Part shown: piece by piece, positions 47,682-61,731 of the stretch
How the letters are laid out: the number at the start of each line of letters is the position of its first letter
Position numbering within the stretch: the stretch's first letter is position 1
Origin: Thecamonas trahens ATCC 50062
Taxonomy: Eukaryota > Protista > Apusomonadida
Length of the DNA: 64,000 bases
Reading direction: 5' to 3'
NCBI RefSeq assembly: GCF_000142905.1
Contig: NW_013657671.1
Location: 434,001-498,000 of the forward strand
Program-made: the position numbers and the translations under genes
Notes under the pieces: generated by a model
Database searches by the model: none
Seen by the model: only the letters and a program-made list of their open reading frames with translations
Told to the model about the DNA's origin: nothing

Positions 47682-50600
47682 TCACTCACTGGCACTTGCG
47701 GCCGGACTCGACCACGCGCCTGCCGCATGGCAACCGTCGCACACACGCCCGAGCTTGCCACGCTTGCCCTGCAGAGGAACCTTGTTCGATGAGCAGGCCG
47801 AGCAAAAGATGCGCCCGCACTGGCGACAGTGATGGCGCCGCTCAAGGAGGGTAAAGGTCAGCGCGCACGCCGTGCAGGCCTTGACCGACTCGTCCTTGAC
47901 CCAGTAGTCGGACGAGCCGCCATCCGGGAGCGACCACGAGAACACCCGGCCGAGGACGTCGCCCGAGTAGAGCTTGCGGTCGTCGGGCGCGAGCGCGAGT
48001 GCGGTGACCCCGACGGCGTCGGGCGCCACCGATCCCAGCGTGGTCAGCACGCCTTGCGTGTCGTGGACCGACCGCCACAGGCGCGCGAGCCTCTCGGCTT
48101 CGCCCACGTCGGCCGGCGCAGGCACCGACGCCGAGTGGCGGAGCTCAAGCTCGGAGCCGGTCACCGACCAAAAGTTGATGCAGCCGTCGGCGTGCCCGGT
48201 CACCACCACGTTGTCCGACCGCCACACCGGGCCCATCGAGAGCGCAACCGAGAGCAGCGCCTCGGACGCCCGCAGGCCGATGTCAGCCCGGACCAGAAGC
48301 TCGCCGTTGATCGACCACACAAAGGCCGACGTCAGCGTGATGCTCACAATATCGCCCGACAGGTGATTGATGGCAACCTGTCGGACCGGCGCCCCGTGAC
48401 CGGCAAGCTCTTCCACGTACACCCGCCGATTGAGGTCCCATACAATCGCCGTACCATCCATCGAGCCCGAGACAAAGATGGAGAACGAGCGCGAGAGTGC
48501 AAGGCACGACACGGCGCCCTCGTGGCCCGACAGCCGCTTGATGAGCGTAAACTCGCGCGCCTTGCGCGGCTTGGTCGACGCCCACACCGCCACGCAGCAG
48601 TCGTCGCCGCCGGTGTAGAGCGTTGAGCCCGTCGGGTCCATCAGCACGGCAGTCAGCTGCCCATGATGCATGCCCTCGGTTCGCCCCAGCACCTTGCCGC
48701 TCTCAGCCGCCTTTTCCACCAGTGCGTGATCGGGAAAGCCCCAGGCAAGTACCTTGTTGCAGTGCGGGAGGATGAGAGTGTGTAGCGCAGGCGCAACCTG
48801 CAGCGTATCGTTCACAACCCGGAGGAGGCCGACGAGCGAGTCGAGCTGCCGCACAGGTGCGGACGACGGCAGGAGGACGTGCGGCGCAGAAAAGACCGTC
48901 ATCTGCAGACTCGCCTCGCGGACACGCTCCATGTTGCGTGCAGGGTGCGGCTTTTTGAACAGCTGCCGCGGCGTCTGCCCAAAGTTGTTGATCTGCGCAA
49001 TCGTCGCCGCCTTAATCACCGGGTCGTCGATTGCCGCAATGTCGACTGCGCCTTCGTACGTGAGGTGGAAGAAGACGTTGAGTGCGTCGCGCGCCGCCTC
49101 TCCGCGCTGCTTGTAGCCGAAAACAAGATCGATCCACTCGTGCAGGTGCGCAGAGACGTAGTCCGACTCGAGCGCCGCACGGTGGATCCGCACAAACTCG
49201 CGCGCAGAGCCGTGCGCCCAAGGCGGGAGCTCCACGTCCGAAATGACCACCCCGTCCTGCCGCACCCCGAGCTCAAACTTGTTGACGTTCGCCAGAAAGT
49301 CCGGGAGGTAGAAGAACTCGGGAATGAGCTCCTTGACGTCGGACATGTTGAGCGCCGACGCCGACTCCCATGACTCACGGAGCGAGGCAAACAGCCGGTC
49401 CGGGTGGTCAAACTTACCGCCCTGCAGTTTGAGAAAATGCGAGGTGAACGGCTCCATTCGAATGAGGTAGTGCAGAACCGTGCCGGCCGACGAGTAGTGC
49501 GTGCCGTAGTGGAACGGTGGCGCCATGTCGTCCTCCCACATGGCATACCGCTCCTCAAACTGCGCCCGCCGCTCCGCCCCGATTGCGCCCATCGGCTTGC
49601 TCAGATCGCGATAGACCGACGGGTCCGATAAGTCGAGCGTCTCACTGACATAGTCGGAGAGAATCCATGGAAAGACCGGATACTGCGTGAGATCGTTGTA
49701 GCTCCGCCCCGCCAGCGTGTTGAGGTGCATGAGGTACTCAAAGTTCGAGATCGAGCCCTCCACCCACCGCGCCTTGACCGACGAGCTGCTCGAGGCAAAG
49801 AGCTTATTGAGTCCACGACGCGAACTACCACCGCCCTCGCTCCCGCGCAGCGGACGCCCAGTCTCGGATAGCAGCGACCATGAGACGGCAGACGACGAAA
49901 ACAGGCCACCAAGCGCCTCGAGCGGCGACCGAGACGACGACGAGCACTTGGCCTTGATCTTGGATACAACCTCGTTGCGCTGTGCAATGTCAAACATAAG
50001 CAGATCATTCCGCCCGTCGACCGAGAACAGCTCCAGCGCGTTGTCACGCAGCAAGTACCGCCGCTTGAGCACATTCGCAATGTCCTCGTACTTCCACCAC
50101 ACCACCGCGTGGCCCTCCTTCTCCGCAGCCTCGGACGAGAACGCCAGTGGGCCGAGCGCAGGATCGACCTCGTGCACAGACGCCCCAGACACATCCTCCA
50201 CGTCGCCTGAAGGGAGCACCATGTAGTAGTCGATCACATACACTGCGCTCTCACACACCAGAAACAGCGCCGGCCACGTGTCGAGCCCCACAATTCGCGC
50301 GCAGTTGTACATGTACCGCATCCGCTCGCCAGGCTCAAGCAGTCGGAGAATCTTACGGTCCGTCCGCTCCTCCGAGAGCGTCTCGTCACCACCAAGCCAC
50401 TTGCCCTCGTTGCGACCGACAAGCACAGTGTCATCATCATCATCATCATCCTCATCATCGTTGTCGTCGCCAGAGCCGTCGCCGCTCTCCTCGCCAATCG
50501 CGTCGTCGCGCTCGGCCGCATTGCCATTGGCAGATCCCCCGACGTGCGACGGTGCAAACTCGCCACTTCTGGTGACAGGCAATACGATGGGAGCGATCTG

Positions 50601-53600
50601 AGCATCGGCGGCGTCGGCGGCACCGTCAACAGCGTCCAGGCCCCTCCCGGCGGCGTCGCCGACTGCACCAGCCTGAACCGCCACAGCCGCCGGCTCGGCG
50701 GCGTCCATGAGCTCGGCCCACGCTGCCGAGTCGCGCGAGGTCGGGATCTTGCCACCATCGCCCGAGTTCTGCCCTTCGCCCAGAAACGGGAAGCGGGCAT
50801 AAAAGTCTGGGTTCGGTGTCATCTTGAGGCGGATGCGGTGCGGGCCCTCTGTCCGGTCGAGTTTCCATTTGAGCAGTGCGGTTGCGCGCGCATCCTCCCA
50901 CAGCCCGCGCTGGCGGTAGAGCTCTGCGCGGGTCTCGCGCCAAAGAATGGAGACCTGCTTGGTGCGATCGGCGATGGCGAGGCGCCGCTTGCGGCGGCGG
51001 ACCGCCTGCACGTGCTGGATGCCGACGACCCGGTTCATCCGCCGCATGTCGGCTTTTTTCATCGCCGCAAACGTGGCCTGCTTGACCCGCAGCCGTGCCT
51101 CTTGCGCCGCGCTCCGCGCCGCGTTGGCCTTGCGCAGTGCCGCGGCCTGTCCGCGGACCTGGATCCGCTCAAATGCCTCCCACACCGGCGCCAGCGTCAC
51201 ATCAAACACAGCCTTGACTGCGCTGTCGTGCTCGGCCATCCAGTACGAAAAGCCGTTAAAGTCCTTGTCGCGAACAAGCCGCTCAAAGCCGCCGGTGTAG
51301 ACGTCGGCCTCGGGCGAGCTGGCAAGAAAAGGGCCGACGTGCTCACGCCGGGTGAGAATGAGCAGCTTCCACAGGTTCATGGCTGAGAGCCGCAAGTGCG
51401 AGTCGTCGTGGAGGAGGAACCGGTACAGCCAGTAGCAGAGGCAGCCGTAGAATTCGCTCGACGTGTTTGTCGGGAGAAAGACTGTCTGCTGGTAGAGAAG
51501 AAGTCGGTTGAGGACGTCAAGCGGCGGCTCGCGTCCGACCCCGTTCGCCGCGCAGTACACGTCATGGATGACAATGAGCGAGAGCGCAGATGTGAGCGGC
51601 GCCACAAGCGCCGCACTCGCTGGCGCCGCGCTGACCCCAAGCTTGGTGATGAGCGTGACAAGAAAGTCAAAGACAAGCCGCGAGCCACCGGGGAACGACT
51701 TGCGGTAGACCTTGGCCACCAGCAGTGAGTAGAACGCCTCGGCCGCCGCCGCGAGGTTCGGCGACGCCACAAGCTTGTCGACCGTCAGCGACGCCGCAAG
51801 ATAATCCATCAGGTCCGAGAGGAGCTTTGACTGGAAGAGTACATGATGGTCGCGACCAACATACGGCGGCACAGCCTCCAGGACTCGCTCCAGCAGCTCT
51901 GGCCCGGTGCTCGAGTGGATGAACGATTCTTGGACAAGCGTGCGCAGAAAGTCAAAGACGAGCATCGAGACTGGGTGCAGGAAGAGAGTGACAAGCTGTG
52001 ACTGTGCCGACGAACTCGGACTCTCGCCGCTGCTTGAGCTCTCGACTGTGCTCTCGACCGCACCCGCACTCGCACTGGGGGACGACGACGGCGAGAGGCC
52101 GTAAAAGTCCTGCAGCTTGCGCCGCGACGCCGATTGTGGCGACGCCGGCGTCACCGGCGTACTCGGAAGCCGGAAGCCCGAGTCCGAGACCGACCGCGGC
52201 GATGGGGAACCCGGCGCTGCCAGACCCTGCCGTCGCACCGCAACCGAGACACTTGGCGAGGTCGGCGATGGCGACCGCGAGATCGACGAGCGCCGTACAG
52301 GCAGCGCCGGCCGCCGGCTCGGGCTCGACTCGGCGTTCTCGACTGGCTGAATGACTACAAAGCCCGCATCGCGGTCGTGGTCGTGGTCATCCCCGCCGTC
52401 GCAACTGCCGACGGCCTCATCCAGACTCGAGTCCTCACGCACAGGCGTGAGGAGGCTGGTCTCGACGACTGACGTCGCAATGTGTGCTCGCGGAAAGAGG
52501 ACTTCGGTGAGCTGACAGATGACGTCGTCCTTGGAGGCCAAGGTGCGGAACGAGGGCGAGGCCTTGAACAGGAAGGTCATAAACTTGAGCATGGTGACCT
52601 CGACTGACGACGACGAGGCGGCAGCTTCGGCAGGTGTCTGTGATTCCGAGCCGCCCGAGGCCTCTGCGGCGAGCACAGCGGCGCAGCGGGCCTTGAGCAT
52701 GGCGAGAAGAACAAGGACGATGTCGCCGTGGACGACAGTCGCCTCCTCGACCCCAAAGGCGTCGACAAGCAGCTGGAGCGGCGTGGCGCCGGACGCAAAA
52801 ATGCCATTCTCGTCGGTGGCGCAACCATCAAGTCCCTCCGGAGGATTGACGACAAGGTCGAGGCGGCCGAGGAGAATGGCAAATAGCAGAAAATAGGCTG
52901 TGAACGACGAGGCCGCGTGCGGAAGCATGTGCGCGAGGGCGGCAAAGCCGTCAGAGGCGCGAAATTCCCGCGCAAACGACGAGGCGTGCTCGCCCAAGAG
53001 CAGGCTGCCGAGGATGCGTAGCGCGAGGAGGACGGTCGACTTGTGAACGTTGCGCTCGAGAAAGAACAGGACCCACTGGCGGGTGGTGCGGCGGGCAAAG
53101 ATCTCGGCGGCGACAGAGGCGGCCTGCGGCGACGAGCCACGCGCTGGCCCAGCGAGTGCATCGAGAACGTCGGTGAGGAGCATGTTGCGGATAGAAACAA
53201 GACGCGAGGCCTTGTCTTCTGAGTTGCCGACCACCGGCGCGACGCGGAGGCCAGCAGCAATGCCTGGCGAGTCTAGGACGTGCTCGTGGAAGGCACGGGC
53301 CGAGGCGGCACCAAATGAGCGAGCCCGGCGGCGACGGCGCGGGCGCGATCCACCCGAGTCAGTGCGTGGACGCGCGGACTCGCTCGCACCCACCCAGCCC
53401 TGGGTCTCGACCGTGGCCGAGAGCGTGGCAACCAAGTAGTGGGCAAGTTCGGAAAAGTCGACTTCGCGCGGGTCGGCTGCGAGCAGCGCGCGCAGCAGCG
53501 CACGCGCAGGCTCCAGCAGCGACGTTGCGGTCTCGGGCGCAAGCATAAACTCGAGGACATGGATGAGGACGCCCGAGGCGCGGAAGGCTGAGAGGTTGAG

Positions 53601-56600
53601 CTCGGCAAGCGACGAAAAGGTGACCAGGTACGAGAGCCGTGAGAGGAGGAGCGCCTGGAGCGCAACCGGCGCCGACGCCCACATGCACGGATTGGCAAAG
53701 AGCGCGTCAAAGGCGGCGACCGAGGCTATGAGGCCGTGGTCCTGCGAGACAATGTCCTTGCCGACTAGCGCAACAAGCGCGTTGAGGGTGGCGTGGTCGA
53801 CAAGGTTGTCGCGCACCTTGTCCACCATGACCTGCGCGAGAATCTCGTAGCCGGCGAGCGCGGTCATTTGGGCCAGGTTCTGCGGCGCAGCGTCGAGGAG
53901 CTGCGAGAGGAGCTGGACGCGGGCAAACAGCTCGTCGCGGGTGGTTGCCGTGGCGACCAGCTCGAGGACAACAGGCACACCGCCGACCGACTGCAGCGCG
54001 GTGGCGAGCGTGGTGGGCGTGTACGCGCCGGCGAGGCCCATCAGCCGGCCGACGGAGCCCGAGGCCGCGTCGCCCGAGACAGCCGACGCCGACGCAAGGG
54101 CGGCGCGCTCGAGGTCGTAGTACAGCGGGGTGCCGGCCTGGAGCGCAGGCGGGTCGCCGGCGCCCGGCGGGCCCGAGCTTCGGCCTGCGCCACCGGTGCC
54201 GCTTGGCGCAAACGGCTCCGTGGCGAGCGCGAGTGCGGCAGCCGAGCGCGGCGCGATGAGCGAGCGCGGCGCGGCGGCGGCCGGGCTAGCCAAATTGAGC
54301 AGGTGTGACGAGGCGACGAGTGCGTCGGCGCCGGCGTGGGTAGTGACCTTGGACGAGAGGTCCAAGTACGACTTGGCAGAAAAAGCAAAGACAATGTTCG
54401 GCCCCGTGAGGGTGGTAAAGCTCGCGGCGGCGTAGTTGAGGTAGCTGGCCCACTCGAAAAAGGCAAAGCTGCGACCGGCAGGTGACGGATCGACGGGTGA
54501 GGCGCCTGCTGGGGCGATGGCAGTCGCCAGCGCGGCGGCAGGGGCGGCGAGGCGGGCGGCGGCAAGCGAGGCAAGAGCGGCAACAGCCGAGGCAGCAGCA
54601 GCCGCGGCCGACGACGGGTCGGACGCTGCCGAACTCGAGTCAGACGCATCGAGGGCGGTGGCGGTGGCGAGGTTCGGCCCGTCGAACGGAGCGTACGACT
54701 GGTATGGTTCGAGCGAAGGATCAAACGTGCCCGAGTACTGTGGGCCGAGACAGTACCAGAGGTGGACGTCACGTGGCGAGGCGACGGCTTCGATCATGTA
54801 CGTCGCGCCAAGCTTAAAGGCAGCGCTTTCGGCGGAGCCGCGCATCGACGGCGAGGTGCCAATGAGAGCTGAGACCTGCGAGGCGGCCGAGGCAGGGTAG
54901 GGGCAGCGGTGCGAGCCCGCAAGCAGGCCGTCGATGTAGAGCGATGCGACCGAGGCGTGAAGCCGGGAGCGCGAGTGGGTGACCACAAGGTGGTACCAAC
55001 GGCGCGACTTGATGACCGCGCCAGCAAAAGTTGCGGCGGCGGTGTCCGCGGCCGAAGTCGAGAGCAGCGGTGTGGTCCCGAGGAGCGAGAGCGCGAGGTA
55101 CGAGCGCTTGTCGTCGGAGGAAACGGTGAGGAGGCGAAGGAGGTGGGATGCGTCAAGCGCCTCGACGTAGAGCCAGGTGCCAAAGGTGTAGCCGGTGGCC
55201 GGCGGCCACGACCGCGATCCGAGTGACGGCATGTGGAGGCCGGCAAAGCCCGGCTTGTGGCGCAAGTCAAAGTTGACAAACGGCGGGTCGTTGGCGTATG
55301 GCTCGGCAAGGAGGAGAAGGGTGTTGGTGAGCTCGAGCGTGGCCGCAGCCGAGCCGCCGTGGGCGGTGTAGAGATTGAGGAGCGCGCGGAGCTCCGACGG
55401 AGCGAGCGCCACCCGGCCTACAGCCTGAATGAGGCGCAGGATGCCTGGCCGCAGCCGCTCGGACTCGAGCCAGGTACCGCTGTGCGCAAGCAGTGCAGAG
55501 AGCAGCGAGGCCGATCCGAGCGAGGCGGCGTTGTGGACGGCGGCAGCAGCGAGAGCCTCCAGCAGCGCCGAGAGGTGCGGAAGCAGGCTATCGACCAGGT
55601 GGGTACCGTGAAAGACAAGATTGAGCGCGAGGAGGACAAAGGCCGGGTGCGCGAGCCGGGTGTTGGCCGAGAACACCAGCGGGAGCGTGTAGCCTCCGGG
55701 TGGCGGCGGCGCGTTGAGGACGAGAGCGTCAGCGGCAAGACCGGCGATGCTGTCGCCGGCGAGAAGACGGGCGAGGAGAACGTCCCACGCGTCCGAACCA
55801 AACGGGAGCGGCACGGGGTGCGACGGCCTGGCGCTCGAGGTCAGTCTCGGCATGGCCATGGCGACAAGGAGGTACACGTAGTACGGGGCAAGAGTCGAGT
55901 CGAGGAAGCCGGTGTTGAGGAGGATCTGGCCGAGCGGCTTGAATCCAATGTGGGCCGAGACAAAGGCGAGGTTCTGCTCTTGTGAGACGACGGCATGGTA
56001 GAGGAGGCGGAGGACGGCGAGGACGAGCGCATGGGCGTCTACAGCCGGCGCGTCTGTAGGCGACGGTGTGTCTTTGGTTGGCGCAAAGACTCCTTCGAGG
56101 GCGACGAGTATGGAGACGAGGGTGACGAAGCCGCCGAGGTCGCGAAAGGTAGCGGTGGCACCCGGGTTGGCGCGGAACATGAGGGTGATGGCGTTGAGCA
56201 TGTCAACAGTCATGGCATGCGAGGTCTTGGAGTGGACATGGAGAAGCTCGATGTAGTGGACAAGGTCTGCATGCTCCTGGCGCTTGTCGGCACCGACAAT
56301 GCGGACAAGGAGCGTGAGCGCTGCTGGCCGCAGCGAGTCGTGGACAAGGAGGTCCATGAGCGTGGCTGGAAGCGAGGCAGCGCGGACGGCGCGGACGTTG
56401 GTGTAGTTGGACTCAAGGAGGCAGGCGAGGGTACCGGTGACGGCGTCGATGGCGGCGGTGGGCGCAGTCCACGGCTGAGCGGCGGGATCAAGGAGCGCGA
56501 CGAGGGCATCAACCACGCCGAGCTCGCGGGCCTCGTCGCGGTAGCTCGAATCGAACGAGACGAGCGAAGTGAAGACGGCGGTAATGAGCACGACTACCGG

Positions 56601-58258
56601 GGCGTCGAGCGCGAGGGTGGCGAGGAGATGAGCAAGCCGGGTGAGCTCCGGTGTCGGGTGCGGCTTGATCGACGTCGCCACAAACTGGACGAGCTTGATG
56701 AGCCTGTTCTGGACGACAGGCGCGTACGACGGGAGCGGGATGAGGAACGACGAGAGCACATTCGGCCCGTTGCACGCTTCGTACGCCCCTGGATCGACAG
56801 CAAAGATCGAGAGAATGAGGTCCAGCAGCTCGACGCGAACGTCCGGCGAGGCAGCATCGTTGAAAAAGCTGCAAGGACCGTGAATGCGCGCGGGTAGGTT
56901 ACAACCTTGGTTGCCGAGCCGGGCGAGAGCATGAGGTCTGCAGCGCCGCGGTCGGCCGGCGCAGAGACTGAGCGCGTCGGAGCCACACTCTGCTGGGCTG
57001 CCTGTCCACTCTCGATGTAGAGCAAGTCGACAATAGTCCCAATAAGCTGATCAAGCTGGGTCGGCGAGCCGGTGGCCTCCATGTACGAGAGGAGCTTGAT
57101 GAGGTAGACATCGGGCCCACACTCAAAGGCGCGGAGAAGTGACAGGCGGGCAGGCGGAGAGAGGTCTGGTTCAAAGAGCGGCGCCAGCAGCGCGAGCAGA
57201 GTATCGAGTACCAGCTGCGGTGAGAGGTCGGCCAGGCCGTCGACAAGCGCCGAAAAGGCAACCCGGTAGCAGCCCTTGTCGGCAATGTACGACGCCGCAG
57301 CCGGGAGCGAGAGGAAGGCCGGCGAGAAGACAGCAGCCAGTGGCGGGAGGAGCGATGGTGAGAGCGGCGGGAGCTTGCAGAGCACAAAAACGGTGTCTGA
57401 GTCGAGGAGATCCTCGACGGCGGCGTGTGAGGCCGTGATGAGGGCGGCGAGAGTCCGGGCCGGCGGCCCGAGCCTCTGCTCGCACCCGACCGCGAGGACA
57501 AGCGCCTTGGCGAGCGCAGTCGGAAGGGCAGTGCGGGCAACAGCGTCGGCGAGGAGCGGAAGTGGCGTCAGCGGAGCGGTGAGGACAAACTCGAGGACGC
57601 TCACCAAGAGCGGGCCGTGCGACGACGTGCCGTCGCGGGCGACGAGCAAGGCGGCAGTGGCGGATGCGGCGGCTGCACGCGAGGACGCGGCTCGACCGGC
57701 GGCCACCAGCGAGCTCCGCAGTGAGCACGCAGCAGCAGCCACAAAGAGCGGCAACGGGGCGAGGGTGACGGTGAGCTGATCGATGAGATCGCCGTCGAGG
57801 CGCGGAGCGTCGAGATAGAGCTCAGCAAAGAGTTCCAACAGCGGCATGAGGAGGGCGTTGAGGTTTTCCAGCGAGATCTTGCTCAGTTGCGCAGCTTGCG
57901 GTGAGAGAAACCTCGCAGGGCCACTCACTCCAGCAGCATCAGCCAGAGCCTGAGCAAAGGTAGCCGAAGACGAGGCGAGGAGGGCAGCAGCTCGAGCCTG
58001 AGGCGAGTCCGGGGAAGTGGTAGGAAAGACAGCGGCAAGATCTGCAGGCGAAGCCGGCCAACTCGAAGAAGTATATCTCTGAGAAGAAGCTGTCGTCCCA
58101 CCAAGGTCACCCCCCTGCCCATCACTTCCGCTCCCGCCGCCTTGTTCCATGCCCGCGCCCCTGTCACTCCCACTCGAGCCACCACGACCACCTGGCCCTC
58201 CACGGGCATGCTCCCCAGGTGCTCGAACTTTGTTCACCAGCGACTTGACCCAGTTCAT
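47682..58258 (-). CDS. WDFY3: ALFY/WDFY3 (LvsA-like) BEACH protein: ARM, ConA-like, PH-BEACH, WD40, FYVE; one frameshift ~56865
   Basis: WPPATGYTFGTW ConA-like, KRRYLLRDNALELF PH, ISNFEYLMHLNTLAGRSYNDLTQYPVFPW BEACH, WD40 repeats, WVKD...RRHHCRQCGRIFC FYVE. One extra T at the A5 run (56863-56867) fuses the two ORFs. Confidence 0.9.
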
Positions 58259-58825
58259 CCCAAGCTCAACGTGCTTCCTCTCAAAGAGTCAACGTGTGTT
58301 GCGTGCGGTGAAGTGTGGCGTGTTGCACGTGGACCCGAGAGCTTGGCCATGGTCGCCGCCGCGGTGCGGGGCTGGACCAAGGGTCAGATGCAGGAGATCA
58401 GAGTGGAGGATGATCGGGGCGCCCGGGAGGGGGGGGGGGGGGTATAGAGGGAGATAGTGGGTACTTGTATGCGCGCGTGTGTGTCTGTAACCACACCATG
58501 GTGATGGCTTGAACTTGATTATGGATGACTCTGGGCTGGTGACGCCATCCGAGGGAGTGACCAAAGGACAGCCATGTGACCGATGATGTCAGGCAGGCAG
58601 AACGCGACCAGAGCCGAGAGCCCAGTCGCAAGCACCGACCACGCACACTCACTCGACTGACAAGACACAAGGATTTGCTTGTGGATGAACAGGAACGCAG
58701 CTGACGGGGTCCGGCGACGCGGGCGTGGGACGCACAGCAAGGCTGGGAGCGATTCGGGGTGGGGCGGCGGAAGCTCCGATCACGGGCGCGAGTCGTCGAT
58801 GGGGAAGACTGACAATCGTGGGACG

Positions 58826-60034
58826 ATGATGCGACAAATGCAGGCGTTTCTGGGTGCGGCATCGGTAGCATCGGTACCGGGATTGCTCGCTACCCACGTC
58901 AACATTGCCATGTATGCCTTTGCCTACTGGCTGCAGCAGCCGGTCCTCCCGTTCATCTCGTCGGAGCTCGGAGCTTCGGCGGCGACGTTTGGCCTCCTCC
59001 AGTCGGTTTTCTCGGGCGCACAACTACTGGGCGGCCCGGTCATGGGTACGATGGCGGACTCGTTGTCGCCGCGGGCGATTCTGGCGATCTCTTTGGCTGC
59101 AGGCGGCGTGTCGTATGGGCTACTCGCCCTCACTCACTCGCTCCCGATGCTGTTTGCGTCCAAGCTGCCGTCGGCAGCGATGCACGCGATGATGGCAGCA
59201 CAGGCGTGCGTATCGACTTTGTCGACACCCGAGGCGCGGGCGCAGGCTCTCGGGCGGCTCTCGCTGTCATACGGCCTGGGGATGGTGGCCGGCTCAGCGC
59301 TCGGCGGCTCGCTGACGCGGGTGGTCTCGCTCCACACGGTGGCCGGCATGTCGGCTGCTGTCTCGTTTGCCACTGTTGCCGCGACGTATCAGCTGTTGCC
59401 GGATAAGGTGGGCGGCGAGGGGCGGAGAAAGGAAGCCGAGGATAAGGACGCGGCCAGTCCTGGATTGGGCGCGTCGCTGAAGCTCATGGTCTCACCGGCG
59501 CTTGCGCCGGTCATGCTCTTTGTGGCTGCCGTCGGCCTCGCACTCTCGATGCAGCGGGCGACGTTCTCGATGATGGCCAAGGACGCGTTTGGCCTCTCAT
59601 CGGAGGAGCTCGGATGGACGATGTCGTACGGCGCGCTGCTGGGGCTTGTTGTGAACGTCGTCATTGTCCCGCTTCTCACCTCGGTCATGTCCGAGATCCA
59701 GACCTCGATAGCCGCCGCCGCGCTCCTTGCCCTCGGCTTTGCAGGCTATGGCTCGGCAGCGTCGCTCGCGGACATTGTGGTTGTTCTCGTCCCGCTCACA
59801 GTGGCGAGCGCGACGCTCTACACTGTCACAACAGCGCTCATCTCCAACGTCGTCCCGGCCGAACTGGTTGGCTCGGCCATCGGCTTGCGTCACGGCCTCG
59901 GCTCGCTGCTCGGCGTGGTCGCGCCAGCGCTGGCATCGGCCATTCTCGCCGCGTCGTCACCTGCCGGCCTCGCTTACGTCTGCGCCGGCCTCGCGGCGGC
60001 GGCGGCGGTGGCGGCCCTTGTTGCGCGAGCCTGA
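58826..60034 (+). CDS. MFS transporter (SLC22A18/TetA-like)
   Basis: About 12 hydrophobic helices, motif A-like GTMADSLSPR, RAQALGRLSLSYGLGMVAG. Confidence 0.85.
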   Translation: MMRQMQAFLGAASVASVPGLLATHVNIAMYAFAYWLQQPVLPFISSELGASAATFGLLQSVFSGAQLLGGPVMGTMADSLSPRAILAISLAAGGVSYGLLALTHSLPMLFASKLPSAAMHAMMAAQACVSTLSTPEARAQALGRLSLSYGLGMVAGSALGGSLTRVVSLHTVAGMSAAVSFATVAATYQLLPDKVGGEGRRKEAEDKDAASPGLGASLKLMVSPALAPVMLFVAAVGLALSMQRATFSMMAKDAFGLSSEELGWTMSYGALLGLVVNVVIVPLLTSVMSEIQTSIAAAALLALGFAGYGSAASLADIVVVLVPLTVASATLYTVTTALISNVVPAELVGSAIGLRHGLGSLLGVVAPALASAILAASSPAGLAYVCAGLAAAAAVAALVARA

Positions 60035-60847
60035 TGACACGTGGATCACGTGCGCGTCAGAGTCACGAGGTCTAGAACTGACTTGTGATTTAGTTGCCCC
60101 AGCGGCTTGGTCCGCAGTAGGGCCGAGCAGGCAACTTTTTGCCGATTATGTTCGATTCGCGAGATACCGGACACGCCGAAATTGACAGGGTGTCCCCAAT
60201 CAAGGCGATGATCAACCAGTGTGTTTAAGGCCGCACATGGTAGCTGCCTGGCAGTCACACGTCAGTGTGTCCAAGTTGACTGCGTGAGATGGTGTGTGAG
60301 GTAGCGCTCGCTAGCGTTTCTGCATAGATTATGAGGCCAATATCGGCTTTAGATGAGGCTCACATGGCATACCACACGAGGTACGGGTTCTTGATTGGAG
60401 GGCAGACAGTGCGGCTGGTATTAGCGGAGACAGAATAATAGACTGACAGGTAGTTTGCGCGTCTGACCTTTGACTTCCTGGCACTTGGGGGCCGTAGTCG
60501 GCAGCATTTCGCCGTTGTGGGCCCCAATGTGAGCTTGGAGCTTGCAGAAAGGTTGCGGAATGGGTATCCTACGTTGCGATGTTGGTCTCTGATCAAGCTT
60601 ACGGGCCGGGCTCGAATGCCTGATTCGACGCAACGAAGTCTTTCCAAGCTCTGTGGATGCGGTAATTGCCCGAGTGACAGCCAACTGGCAGACGGCGACC
60701 GTCACACGGAGACTCGGCACGGTGCGAGCGTCGAGATGGACAAGGCGTTCACGGTCAACACAACTCTCGCTGGCAAGCAAGTGCGCACAGAGGGGTAGAA
60801 GAGAGACTGGCAGCTGGTAAGGCCTGGGTCTGGAGTGCTGAAAGCCG

Positions 60848-61399
60848 ATGTTGACGTCTCTGGCGCAGGTGATACCTGCTGTTGTCCCTCGGGTGGCGCC
60901 GAACTACTTTGCACACACCTTTGGCTTGCTCAAGCCCGATCTGGTAGCAGCGACGCCGCGAGCTGCTGCGGTTGTACGTGCGCTGGCTGCTCCCGATTCT
61001 CCGCTGCGGATTGTGGCGCTGAGTCATCGTGAGGTTGATCCGCAGCTCGCTGATGCGTTCTACGCCGATCACGCTGGTAAGTTCTTTGCACCGCGACTGA
61101 CCGCCTCAATCTGTTCAGGCCCGCTGGTGGCGATGGTACTCGAGTCTGTTCCGGCGTCTGGCGAGCATGCAGCGGGCTCGATCGATGTCAGTGCCATCGA
61201 GGCGTGGCGGTCGCTGATCGGACCGACCAAGGTGAACTCAGCGCGATGCGCGTTGCCTGGCACGCTCCGCGGGTTGTATTCGACCAGCGACACGCGCAAT
61301 GCCTTTCATGGGGCAGACGCGCACGCCGCAGTCCTTGCCGAGGCCGAGCTCTTCTTTCCCGGCCTGCTTGCTGCGGCTCCGAGACCAGCGCGGGAGTGA
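60848..61399 (+). CDS. Nucleoside diphosphate kinase, NME6-like
   Basis: TFGLLKPD, FYADHAGKFF, SGP, WRSLIGPT, PGTLRGLY, DTRNAFHGAD. Confidence 0.88.
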   Translation: MLTSLAQVIPAVVPRVAPNYFAHTFGLLKPDLVAATPRAAAVVRALAAPDSPLRIVALSHREVDPQLADAFYADHAGKFFAPRLTASICSGPLVAMVLESVPASGEHAAGSIDVSAIEAWRSLIGPTKVNSARCALPGTLRGLYSTSDTRNAFHGADAHAAVLAEAELFFPGLLAAAPRPARE

Positions 61400-61731
61400 C
61401 AGAGACTGTGGCACATAAGGTGCGGAGATCACCTATGCGGCTCGGAGGTAAATTGGCCGCAACAGGACCAAAATTATTCACCTTGGTGTTGATTGGTCCT
61501 TGATAGTGGCCAACTAGCGCGGGTGGGCACACGCAACTGCACACGCTCAGGGCCTCCTCCAAAGCCAAACTAGGGAGACCCAAGAGCATCCATAGGCACA
61601 CTTACTCGACGTCAGACCAAGGAGCTCTTTCCGCACGTCGTGGAAGGCGTAAACAGAATTGACAAGAGTCCCGTTTATTGACCTTGCGGGTCAACGTGGG
61701 GAGAAGCGCCGCATTGACTGACCAAGCCTTT

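Noticed and set aside
60100-60800. Small ORFs between MFS and NDK
   Set aside because: Atypical codon usage and no motifs; treated as intergenic.
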